This document shows positions 1 to 11,800 of a DNA stretch of 64,000 bases, in pieces. Source of the DNA: Phaeosaccion multiseriatum (lineage: Eukaryota > Protista > Ochrophyta, other classes). A program made the translations under genes and the position numbers. Position 1 is the stretch's first letter, and each line of letters opens with the position of its first letter. Below the pieces are notes generated by a model. It was not told the DNA's origin. It worked only from the letters and a program-made list of their open reading frames with translations, and did no database searches. The stretch spans positions 806,001-870,000 of the forward strand of contig OZ218960.1 of assembly GCA_965112735.1 (NCBI GenBank), written 5' to 3'.

Positions 1-2520
1 TGACGTGTGGTCGCTGCTCTGGAGTGGTGAGAAGCACGAATGTGACTCTCTCACCCACCCACCCACCCATCCTTCACTTCCTCCATCCCTCACTCTCTTC
101 CTTGCCTCCCTCACTCCCCTCCCTCTCCTCCCCCCCTCCCTCCTTCTGCTCCTCTTCGATACACAAGGTGCAATCGAGCTCTGTCTGTGGTGTGCTGCTG
201 GCTGAGCGTGCTCATTCTATGGAGCGAAGTAGTAATTGGCGTTACAAGCTACAATCTGTCCCCCTTCGGACAGATCCTCAGAGGTGAGCAGGGTCTGGCT
301 ATGGCACTTAAGACCCCCACCCACCCACCCACCCACCCACCCCCACACCCACCCCCCCACCCACCCTCACTCACCCACCCACCCGCTCGCCCACTCGCCA
401 CCCACCCACCCACCCCGCCCGCCCCGCCCACCATTCCTGCCAATCAGTCCTGGGAAGTGCGACGCATCACACTGGGGAGAGCACCCCTGTCATACTGCAG
501 GTTGCGGCGATGGTTCCCTTTCTATACATGTCTGTGTGTTGTTATAGGGCACTCTTTAAGATCAAACTCTTTGGAGAGTTCTCGCTCAAGCCGCGGCACC
601 ACAGGTGAGTGAGTGAGTGAGTGAGTGAGTGAGTGAGTGAGTCAGACTTGTGCATAAACTTCTGTGATTGGTGACATCTGTGATGACCTTTGTTTTGTTT
701 GTGGTCACATCCTTTCCATCTGTGGGGTAAAATATCTGTCCCTCTTTTGTCTGTCAATGAATGAGTTCATCCGAGTCAAGTCGGTCAGTCTATACACATA
801 GTTTCTCTCCTCGCCTTTGCTTCGCTTCGAGCTCTCTCCTCACGTCTCTCTGTTTTCTTCGCCGCCCGTCTGCTTTTCTCTCTTTTCCTTCGCCCTCCCC
901 TTTCTCTCCTTTCCCCGTCTTCTCTCTCTCTCTCTCTCTCTCTCTCTTATGTGTGCGTGTGTGTGTGCGCGTGCTTGCGTGTATGCAGCTTGCCCGGCCC
1001 CCTGTTGTTCAACGCACAGTACCTCTGTCGGCTTCAATTCTCGCTGGGCTACAACTACCTGCAAGTGCTCGGAGCAAGCAGCGGACGAGTCGTGTCCTTC
1101 ACGGCCTTCCAAGATGTACGTGCTTGCGTGGGCTTGCGCGCGCTTAGTTGCCCTCCCTTCGTCCCTCCCTTCTTCCTTCTCTCCCTCCTTCCTTCTCTCC
1201 ACCCCTCCCTCCCTCCTCCCTCCTCCCTCCCCCCCTCCTTCCCTCGCACCCTCCATCCCTCCCTCCCTCCCTCCATTCCCCCTTACGTACGTCGCACGGC
1301 TTTGCGTTCCCCGTTGTCCCCCTCCCGCCGCTATTCTCTAAATCCCTCCCAACGCACGGGCACACACACACATCACCACAACCACACCACAACCACACCA
1401 CAACCACACCACAACCACACCACAACCACACCACACCACACCACACCACAACCACACCACACCACACCACAACCACACCACAACCACACCACAACCACAC
1501 CACAACCACACCACAACCACACCACAACCACACCACAACCACACCACAACCACACCACAACCACACCACAACCACACCACATTCACACCACAACCACACC
1601 ACAACCACACCACACACATCACCACAACCACACCACAACCACACCACAACCACACCACAACCACACCACAACCACACCACAACCACACCACAACCACACC
1701 ACAACCACACCACAACCACACCACAACCACACCACAACCACACCACAACCACGCCGCAACCACACCACAACCACACCACAACCACACCACAACCACACCA
1801 CAACCACACCACACCACACCACAACCACACCACAACCACACCACAACCACACCACAACCACACCACACACATCACCACAACCACACCACAACCACACCCC
1901 AGGTTATGAGTGACATGGAGGTGGTGCCGCTGCTGGGCACGAGTTTCAATGTGTACGCCCCTCTAATGATGGTGGTGCTGTGCATCTTCACCTTCGGCAA
2001 TGGCTACGCGCGCATGCTTCAATTCATCGGCCTTGAACATGAGGATCTCCTTCTCGCAGTTGGTGGAGAAGGCAAGGATCGTATTCAGGAGGGCAAGTCG
2101 CTCATTGATCGCAGTATGCGACAGCGGCTCAATCGAGAGAAGCGACTTCAGCAGCAGCAGCAGCTGGCGGGCGGACATGCAGCGGGTGGTGGAGGTGGTG
2201 GTAGTGGATCCATCGACCTTAGCTTCGGTGAGGGAGGTGTGGGCGGGGGAGGAAGGGGCATGAAGGGAATCAACGGACTATCCCCCCCCCCTCCACACGG
2301 CGGCACTGGTGGTGGTGGTAGAGGTGGGCTGCGTACCCACCATCTGAGTGGCGCTAGGGATGGTCGGGGTCATCAGCGGTCGGGTGGGGAGGCAGGAGGG
2401 GCGGGAAGCAGCGGCAGCGGGGGGGGAGGGACTCCCATGTATGTGCCTCCCTCGAACCTGCTAGCAGGGGGGGGGAGGAGATACGGACAGGTGCCAGACC
2501 AGGACGATGGCACAGTATGA
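1..2520 (+). CDS. LMBRD2: LMBR1-domain membrane protein (LMBRD2-like), 3' part; exons approx. 168-283, 448-604, 989-1115, 1903-2520 (5' end outside window)
   Basis: GT-AG spliced translation gives LSVLILWSEV...SPFG, YMSVCCYRALFKIKLFGEFSL, LLFNAQYLCRLQFSLGYNYL, TAFQDVMSDMEVVPLLGTSFNVYAPL, matching the recalled LMBR1/LMBRD2 C-terminal region; stop TGA at 2518-2520. Confidence 0.85.
1371..1898. repeat. 11-bp minisatellite (CACCACAACCA)n filling the 3' part of an intron
   Basis: Visible tandem array ending just before the ccccag acceptor at 1902; source of the HHNHTTTTPQP / VVVVWLWCGCG artefact ORFs. Confidence 0.95.
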
Positions 2521-2523
2521 CTG

Positions 2524-2570
<47 letters not shown>

Positions 2571-3551
2571 TGGTGATACATAAGCTGCAGCAGAAACAGC
2601 AGCAGGAGCGGCAGGAAGAGGAAAGCATAAGATATATGCAATAGGAGCAATTAGATCCCTTGGGAGTCCATATGGGGATAAAACGAGGGAAGTGAAGAGT
2701 AGAGGGGTTTTGCCCTTCCCCCCTCCACTACATGTCATCTACAATTGACACACTATTACACCAAGGAAGGACGCTTCCCTTTTGGAAGCTGTGGTGAGGC
2801 GAAGGGGCTTTGTTGAGGTATGATTTGATGTCTTTTTTTCCCTTTTCTTTCCTCTCTTTGATTATTACTATTAAAAAATAATTGATCTATTGATTGAAGC
2901 TGTGTTGCGGTATAATTGAAGGAAGGAAGAATGTCAAAAAGATTTCCTTTAGTAAGCTGTGGTGAGGCGAGTGGAGTGATCGCCTCGCAGTCGTCATGTG
3001 AGTGTCTGAGTCAAGTAAGTCACAAAAGAAGTGTAGCCAAATGGCAAGGTCTCCCCCTGCGCCTGGTTGGATTTGTAGGTAAGTACTATTAGATTGATTT
3101 CAGTTTCAATCAAGTGACCGCGGAGGAGTTGCAGCTTGGTCGGGCGCGGGGGGTGGGCTGTGACTCTCAAAGTCGAGACGTGAGAAGGGACACAAAAAGA
3201 AGGAGACAGGGGAGGGGAGGGTGCAAGCAGCGGATGGAGGGGAGTATCTTTGTGACTACTGACTGAAGTGAAGTCAGTCAGTCAGTACCCCCCTTTCCCA
3301 CCCCCGCTCCTCCACCACCACCCCACCTCCTAACCCTTTGTTTTCGTCCATTCTTCTCAAGGCTCTGCAAGCAGAGAGAGCCATTTGCCAATTTCCCCCC
3401 ATATTGTAACAAAACAAAACGCCGTCATTAACACATTCAACCGCTCCACAAAGCCCTTAGTTCCATCACTGAACACCATCACAGGCTACACACGTAATAC
3501 TTACTAATACTCCCAACTACTCCACCGTCTACCCCGAACGCATTCGTCTCG

Positions 3552-3724
3552 ATGCATCTGTTCTGCCACTGCCTGGCTTTCTCTTGGCCCCCTCTTGGCC
3601 CCCTCTTGCGACCCAAAAGTAAAGAGGAAGGCATCCTATGTCGTCGGCCTCCTCTTCGCAGCGGAGGCACGTCAGCTTTGGGAGGAAAACATTAGCCAGG
3701 GAAGCGTCACACCATCCCATGCAC
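3552..3724 (-). promoter_or_regulatory. Candidate SECIS element with a very long apical extension in the msrA 3' UTR
   Basis: Minus strand GUGAC (3710-3706), 12 nt GCUUCCCUGGCU, AA, ~113 nt insert, AGCCAGGCAGUGGC, AGAA (3564-3561); outer GUGCAU/AUGCAU pairing. Folded by eye only. Confidence 0.35.
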
Positions 3725-3804
3725 ACAGCCCTCCTCCTCCTCACGCGCTCTTCCGTCTGACCATCCCGTCCACACATCTCTCCTCCTCCCCGCGTACTCT
3801 TTCT

Positions 3805-4092
3805 CTAGTACCGTCTGTTCTTGCGATAGAAGTCCTGCGAGGTTGATGAAGGAGCAGTCCGAGGGGGGGCAAAAGAGAGCACACATTCAGCACCGGTTAG
3901 ATGGATCAGAATGTGATTATGGCGGCATACTCTCTTTCCCTTCCATTGCCATCCTTTCTGACGAACCTGGTGGTACTCCTCCGCTCTGAAGGCCTCCGTG
4001 ACCTCTGCCTGGTACGTCTTCACTGACTTGCCGCTCGCCTCCAGTTCCGCCACCTGCCAAGGCAAAGCAAGCAAGATAACACGCACACGGGT

Positions 4093-4135
<43 letters not shown>

Positions 4136-5811
4136 GATTATCCACAAGGAGGAATAAATGAGGGTGTAAGTTCTGAAACGGCGTAAGCAAGCAAGCATTC
4201 GGAACTCTCCACTGACGACACACACTAATCACACTGCCGGGGACAACGAACAACCCGTATCTCCCTCGTTCCTGCGCCGCGGGGTCGGTCCTCGGTTTGG
4301 GTCCCCCCTCCCTCCTTGGCATGGGTCCCCCCCCCCCCCTCCTCCTCTCCCCTCCCGCCCCGAATGAGTAGAAGGAGAGCCTTCCTGTAGGAGAATGTTC
4401 CTCACCTTCGCGTCGAGAACCTTCTTCTGGTCTTCGTCGTGCCACCAAACGCCCGTCATGTACTGCCTTCCTCTGTACGATGAGTCAGTCCCACAGTTGT
4501 GCTGTGCATGGATGGCAGTCCATGTGGGCAGGGGCAGGGACAGAGGCAGAGGCAGGGGGGCAGAAGCACGGGGAGATGTAGGGGGGCAATGTGCGTATTG
4601 TGGCGGGGTAAGGGAAGGCATCACGGACCCCACGATCATTATCAGAGGCAGCAGCTCCCCCCATACACGCAGCTAGAACTACACGTTTGCGCGCTATTCT
4701 TGTTTGCGTGTGTGACGTATGTATACACGCCTCCACGAACAGCGCGAAAACAGCAGGAGCGGAGGCCCTTCCTACCTCCCTCCCTCCCTTCCTCTCTCCC
4801 TCTCTCCCTCCCTCCCTCCCTCCCTCCCTCCCTTCCTCCCTCCCTCTGGCCGTGCACCAACCTCGGTGAAGAAGAAGTCCACCAGCTCTCTGTAGGAAGT
4901 CTCCTGGGGGTCGTAAAAGACTCGAACGCCCTCTGTCTGGTCACCCATACTGGCGGCGGCCGGCAGAGAAGGGAGAGAGAGAGAGAGAGAGAGAGCGTGT
5001 GAATGACAACGCAGGCAACAAAAAACGTGTGTATCTATGTATGTGCGTGTGTATCTATGTGTGCGTGAGTGAGTGTGCGGGAGTGAGTGGCACAGTGTGT
5101 GGGGCATGGAGGGAATTAATAGGGAACGACTTCTTTCTGTCTCACAATGACTCGTTCGCCATGGCCGAGGCTGCTTAAGGTGGGTCATTTCACTCACTCG
5201 TGGTAGGTTGGCCACTCCTTCTTTCCACCAACGTAGATGCAAGTCACGTCGAGAACGCCCCGACGCTTCCTAAAGGCAGCGTCTGGAACAGGGGCACCAG
5301 AACAGCAGTCAAAGAACGCGAGGAGTGAGGGGATAGTGGGCAGAAGGTTTGTCCTCTGCTTCCAAGAAGACGCACTACTCCACACGGTATATACCATGGC
5401 CCCCCTCTCCCCACAAACTCACCGGGACCCCAGAATCATCCTGGAGGAAGGCACGCAGGGGGGGGGGGGAGGACTGAGAACAGGGCAGGTGCGGAGGACT
5501 TGCGGACGAAGGAGAAAGGAGTAAAGGAGGGGAGGAAGCGAAGAAGAGCAAGCCTTCCGTCCCTTACCGAGGGCGAACGTGGCACTGGCTCTGTTCTCGG
5601 TGGGCGCCTCCAGTTCCAATAGAGGGCACTCCGCGGTGTCACTAAAGCTTGACATGGCGAGGGCGCCGGTCCAGCTCCTCGTACGTCCTGCTCCTTTTAT
5701 GCTGTTCCTCGTGCTCGTTCGAGCTCTTGGTAGTGGCAAAAGACTTCCCACAAACGCCTGGGTCCTCACTGGGCTACTTAATGTGCTTCTAAGCCTGTTC
5801 TGGGCCGCCAT
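3805..5811 (-). CDS. msrA: Peptide methionine-S-sulfoxide reductase A, selenocysteine form; exons 5568-5811, 5423-5440, 5198-5282, 4862-4949, 4406-4501, 3967-4053, 3805-3834
   Basis: Spliced product ATFALG-[TGA]-FWGPDAAF...YVGG...PTYHDMGDQTEGVRVFYDP..SYRELVDFFF...RQYMTGVW...AFRAEEYHQDFY has the MsrA motifs; all introns GT-AG with matching phases; N-terminal R/S-rich extension resembles a transit peptide. Confidence 0.93.
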
Positions 5812-5960
5812 ATTGGAGACCGCGCAATAATCTGGCCGATGACCCGAGGCCCCACCCACCATCGCGCGTTGGTTCTCCCATTTTTTATTTTTCACAAATG
5901 GAACGGTAGCACGTCCCATCCTGGTAGATATCCCGATATCCCTGTTACACACATGTTGAC

Positions 5961-7999
5961 TCATCCACCCTGCTTGATTCCCCGTCCTCTCTTCCCTCCC
6001 TCCCCCCCCCCCTCTTTCCTCTCCTCCTCCGCCACAAGTCTATCAAAAAGGCCCTCCATGTCGGCCCCCTCTCTGAACAAGTGGCATGTGCCATCCTCTT
6101 CGTACAGCACGCACGATACATCCTGAGCGCGAAGGCGGCGCCGGAGCTTCTTCCACCTCTGCAGGCCGCTGCTACTTCTACTACTACTACTACTACTACT
6201 GCTGCTGTTACTACTACTGCTACTACTTCTACTACTAGATACTGTCGAGCCGCTGGTCCGCTCCTCATCCTCCTTCTTCTCCTCCTGCGTCCTCTTCGCT
6301 TCGTCTCCTCCTTCTCCTCCTTCGTCGTCTTCTTCTCCATCGTCTCCCGCCACCTCTGCCGCCACACCCAGCGCCTCCAGAGCGTGGCGAAGAAGCTCAA
6401 GTCGCACTTGCTCCTTCCTTTCCTTCCTCTCCGTCTCCCTGTCCTTTGTTGCCCCCCCCCCTCCCAACCGCTCCTCACCTTCGCCGCTGCCAGAAGGGGC
6501 TTCGTCCTCTATACTCTCCCCAGCAGCAACACCAGCAGCACCAGGGGTAGCAGTTGGTGTTACAGCGGGAGGAGGAGGAGGACGAGCAACCCACGCAGAT
6601 GACGATGAAGAAGCAGAGGAAGAAGCTGCTTTTGGCAGAAGGTGTACAACCTCCTTGGCTAGGTGCTGGTTCACGGCTTCACTCTCTGCCCCCACCGCTA
6701 GGCAAGAGAAGCGCTCTACAGAGCCCGTGGGAAGTATGTGGAACAAGACCGGACCGTTGTGATCGTCCCACCCTGCAGTAAGTCAGTAAGTAGTTGATGT
6801 CAGGGAGGAGAGAAAAGAAGTATAGAAGCCGAGAAGAGAATTATTCGCTCAAAGGAAGGAAAAAAGTGACAGACAGACATGTCTCCTCACTCCTGAGCTC
6901 GAACTTGTTGGTCCTATGGCCGAGCATGTCAGGTCGTCACTCTCGCTCCCCTCTCCGCTAGCTTACCACTCCCACCTCCACTTTGCCCGGCCCTCTCCAC
7001 CGAGCGCACTCTCGCTGCGGCTGCTGGTGTATCACCAACAGTTCACTGCTCTTCCTCCTTTACCACCACCTCCCCTCCCCCCCCCCTTCCTCCTACCCAC
7101 GAACCTGCGAGAAGCATGTCCACCGCAAAGGGTCTCTTCCCCGCCGTGTGTGTGTTGCCGTGCGTCTTATCGGCGATCATTCGGGCCAGCATGTGGCAAG
7201 GAATGGCAGTCCCATACACGAAGCGGTGCTCACTGCACCACCCCTGAGACAAGTTGCAGAGGTGTCTGAAATCGCTCCACAAACTGCTTGTTGGCCGTCA
7301 TGGATCACGAAAGAAGAGGAGGAACACAGGCAAGACCAGCAGCGACAACGGCAGCACAACGGACAGGAAGCAACTCTTAACACCAACAACAAAAGAGGCA
7401 GATGCGTCATGCATGTATGCTTTCGCTCTCTCTCTCTCTCATTGTCTTGCCCCGGCCGTGGTGGCAAAAGCATGCACTGTGCAGGTCCAAAAGAAGCCTT
7501 CTGAAGAGAGCCCTCGCCCCTTCTATACGTGTACGACCTTCCCCGCGTCGACCCTTACCCCTTCACTTGAGTTACACTCAATCACTTAGCCTCTCATTCC
7601 TACCACCCGCTCCCCCGGAGTCAGTCACGTACCCAGCTCCGGCAATGCCGACGTGGTTATCAACCTTCCACACCATCTTGCCCGGTTTAGGAGCAGCGAG
7701 CGATTTGGGAGAGCGCGGCTGCCACACAGCCACCACAGCGCATCCACCACCACTCACCTGAGCAAGCGGGAGAAGAATGCGCACGGGTTGGGGGTCGGGT
7801 GTGAGGGTGTACTCAGGCCTCCCTCAAATGGTCGGGAGGGGAGACGTGGGGAGGGGAGGAAGTGGTATACACACATTCTTTCTCTCTATCTCTCTCACAC
7901 ACACATGTGACGCTGCATCGAAGAGCGACTCACCCCAACAACGGTGCTGCTACCCCTCTTTGTTGCTTCTATTGCGTACTCCACTTGGTACATACGGCC
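5961..7999 (-). CDS. Divergent 20S proteasome alpha-subunit homologue (alpha6/PSMA1-like); exons 7934-7999, 7633-7757, 7105-7283, 5961-6772; true N-terminus unresolved
   Basis: GRMYQVEYAIEATKRGSSTVVG, KMVWKVDNHVGIAGAGLWSD, KRPFAVDMLLAGWDDHNGPVLFHILPTG, AVGAESEA, ELLRHALEAL follow the alpha-subunit motifs in order. Confidence 0.85.
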
Positions 8000-8889
8000 C
8001 TGGCGAGAGAGAGGCAGGCGTGTCGGCAGCGGGGCGGGGGGGAGGGGGAGACGAAGGTTCAATGGGAAGTGAGGTGAAGCAATGGGTGTATATGAAGAGG
8101 GGAGGGGGGGAGACCCTTACCAGCGATGGTCGATAGAGGTCATGCGCTATGCGGCATATGCACCAGGAGTGCGGAGCAGGAGAGGAGCTTCTTCTTCCGC
8201 CTCTCTCTCTCCCTTTGTTCTCTCTCTCTCTCTCTCCCTCTGCCCCTCATTCTTCACACAACCACCGTCTTGGTCTCTACTACCGGGAATTCTGTTCTGC
8301 TTTCCGCGCATGCCTTGCGTGCACCATCGCTAAGACACATTCCCCCCCTCTCCAACACCCTTCCTCTCACCTTTGGATCGTAGGTGGTTGTGGAGCCATC
8401 GTAATTGTGCTGATTGATGCCCCCACCAGCAGCGAGCGAACCAGGAAGCAGCAGCGGGAGAAGGAGGAGGATGAGAAACCGTGCTGGAGCTCCCAGGAGG
8501 GAAGGCATCGCGATGGAGGGACGATTAGGTCGCGAAAATCATTTACTATTAGGCAGGATGGCACCCGATGGCAGGATTTTCAAATCTCACTCACTCGCTG
8601 CTTGCATCCCGCCCCCCACCCGCATCAATCAAGCTGCACACACACATTGGGCTTGGTGATTGGAAAGCGGAGGTTGCTTCCTTGCCGCACGTGTCTCTTT
8701 GCTCTTTGAGCTGCTGTTGAGCTCTGGGGAGAACCAACGCATTGACCCGGTTGCACCCAAGACGGTAACGCGTGGGCAAGAGCAGCCCCCCCCAGCCGCC
8801 GCGGAGGTGGGAGATATGAGAAGAATGAGCGGCTGCTGATGGGGAGGACGAGCTCCTAGCAGGTAGGCAGAGGGAGGGAATATAGGGAG

Positions 8890-11800
8890 ATGATTGCCGC
8901 TGGTGCGCGCAAGAAAAGACCTCGCCAAGAGAGCGCCATGAGCCAGGACAGCAGCCGACTGGCACCCTTCGCACCACCAGCAGCAGCAGGAGCAGCGGCT
9001 TCGGATGGAGGAGGAGGAGGAGGAGGAGGCGACGTGATGACGAGGCTTCCCCGCAAGGTGGCACTGCAGCTGGTGCCCGCAAACGACTCCACCAGAGAGC
9101 AGCTGCGGCAGTCTGGCCTCAACCCGCGATTACAGCTCATGACGCCTCCGACCAAGACCTTAAAGTCCATCCGGGCACACCTTTCTACGAAATGGGGCAA
9201 AGTCAGGGTATTAGCGGCGGCTGCCGCGGCGGCAGGACCAGGCTCGGCAGGGGCGGCGGGAGCCAGGGCCGAGGGCGGAGACGGGAAGGGAGCAGCTGGG
9301 CAATGCATTGTCCTTCAGGGCGTGGCTACCACAGGAGCAGCCGCAGCAACAGTAGCAGCAGCAGCAGGAGGAGGAGGAGGAAGTGCGCGTAGCGGTGGTG
9401 TGGCGCAGTGGCGGGCGAGGGACGATTTCTATGCCCGGACCGGCGGCGGTGGTGGTACCCCCACTAGTGCCTCCCCCTCCGTCACCCCTCTGCAGCTAGT
9501 GGACATCATTCGAACACTACCTGCGGAGAACCGAGAGGAGGTGAGTGAGTGAGTGAGTGGGTAACGTAAATTCATTCAAAGCGATGTCAGATCATCTTGA
9601 CGCACACCACGATGATTGGTGGCAGCAAGAGTTGGGATGAAGTGTAATGAAAGGAATGATGTGATGCCCCGCCCATGACCCCCGACTCAAGCCTCTCTTG
9701 GGGTTTGTGGTTCTTTGGTGGGCGTGTCCGGCTCGATGGATGGAACGCCCGCCCGTCTCGCTGTTTGCTTTAGCCCACTCATCAAAGAACCGAACTGACC
9801 CGAACAATTCACTCGTGTGTGTATATGTGTGTGTGTGTGCATGTGCGTGTATGTGTGTGTGTGTGTGCGTGTGTGTATGTGTGCCCACAGGTTTGCACCA
9901 AGGGCGTGCTGCAGCTGAGGTACTTGTTTGAGGATGTTACAAGAGGGGGGGTGGAGACGAGCGCCCAGCAGCAGCAGGGGCGCGACGGATGGCAACGCAC
10001 GGCTGCTCTATCTGTTGGGTGGAATGGTGTCGGTGCTGGTGCTGGTACTGCTTCTCCCGCCACGGATGGAAGTGACCTTCGATTGTTCGGAAGAGGCGGA
10101 GGAGGAGGAGGAGGAGGAGGAGGAGGAGCCGCGGCAGGAGGCGGATATGTGAGTAGCAGCGTTGGTGGTGGTGGTAACGGAGGAGGAGGGCCGCCCATAG
10201 GAAGCCTTGGAGAGGACAGTAGAGGCAGTAACATGGTAGGGTTGGAGTTTGGGGAGAATACCTGCCAAGAACTCTTCGGGGCCCAAGAAACTGAGACCAC
10301 GCCATCAGCAACCGGCGCTGCTGTACCACCATCTGCTACTGCTGTTGCTCCAGCTCCAGCTCCTGCTCCAGCTCCTCCTGCTGCTGCTGCTGCTGCTGTT
10401 ACTACAGGAGGCAGTGCTGGGGTTAGGGGCGGGACCGGCTTTAGTCACCTCAAGAGAGACTTCCTTGCGAGCGGCGGCAGCGGCAGCCCCGCCATCGCTT
10501 CTCCTTCTTGTGGGGTGAGAGCTGTCGCGTCCCCTGTCCCGTCCGTACAGAGGGCCCGCCGTGTGCACTCTGCGCCTGCCCCAGGAGGAGGGGAGGCGGT
10601 GAAACGAGTGGCACCCTACCCCGCACCCGCGGCAGCAACAGCAGGAAAGGGGGGCAACATGCCTATGCCGCAGAGCGTGTTTGCGCCACTGGCAGCAGTA
10701 CCAGCCGTCGCAGTGCGTTACACTTACCCTCAAGTAGCACAAGTGCCAGCAGCAGGAGCAGCAGCAGCAGCGGCAGGAGTAGCAGCAGCAGCAGCACCAG
10801 CAGTGGCCGGAGGTGCCCAGCGATTTGTCGGCTCAGCTTCAGCTCCACGCCCCTCTGATTCCACGTCAACGGGTAGAGCAGCAGCAGCGGCCGCAGCAGC
10901 ATCGGCAACCGGAGCATCGGCGGCCGCCGCTGCCGCAGCAACAGCAGCCCAGAGGGCAGGAGCTGTCGCCGCGAGAGCAAAAGGTCGACCCGCTTCCAGT
11001 CCAAAGGGTAGAGCATCAGCTTCTGCGGCCGGAGCAGCAGCGGCTGCCGCTGCCGCAGCAACAGCAGCCCGGAGGGTGGAATCTTTCGCCGCGAGGGCGA
11101 ATGTTCCGTCTGCTTCCAGTTCAAAAGGCAGAACAGCATCAGCACGCCGGAGAGTTGGAACGGTCACCGCGAATGCAAAGGGCCCCTCTGCTTCCACGTC
11201 GGCGGGTAGAGCAGCGGCAGCAGCGGCTGCAGCAGCGTCAGCAGCTGTATCAGCAGCAGCAGCAGCAGCAGCCCGGAGAGTGGAGGCAGTCACAGCAAAA
11301 GCAAAGATCCCCTCTACTGTACCAGCAGCACCAGCACCACCAGCACCACCAGCAGCAGCAGTAGCAGTTGGTGATACAGCAGCAGAAGGACAAGGAGAGG
11401 GAGAGCCCCTCCTGACCGCCCTGCCCCCCCCAGACTTGTACCCGCCGCTCTCTCAAGGGTTGCTAGATCTTGGGGAGGACACTTGCATGCAGGTCTTTGG
11501 CTCAACAAAGGCCGAAATGGAGGTCATGTCGTCCGTCGGAGCGGCGGTGCTGCCTGTGCAGGTCGGTGCGGATGGGCGGGGAGGTGAGGGTGGGGATGGA
11601 GCAAGTTTGGCGGCCTCACTGGCAGCAGCAACACGGTCGGGGGAGGGAGCGACAGCAGCTGGAGCTGGAGCAGCGGAATGCAATCCATCCACAGCGCCAC
11701 CCAAGCTCCCCCTGTCTGCAACATCAGCAACTCAGTCCTCTTCCATATCACCTCCAGCTTCAGCAGCAGGAGGGCAGCAGCAGCAGCCGCCCCAGAAGCA

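Noticed and set aside
951-1913. Long His/Thr or Val/Trp/Cys ORFs in several frames
   Set aside because: Translations of the intronic 11-mer array; only 989-1115 is exon
2955-3000. AUGAC plus hairpin as the msrA SECIS
   Set aside because: No 3' GA partner for the quartet and no AA at the expected distance
5436-5438. msrA as a pseudogene
   Set aside because: The only stop falls exactly on the catalytic Cys position and all other exons and splice sites are intact
8149-8709. Upstream ORF as the missing SANT exon of the CRAMP1-like gene
   Set aside because: Only a chance WSSQE; no SANT pattern or convincing splice path
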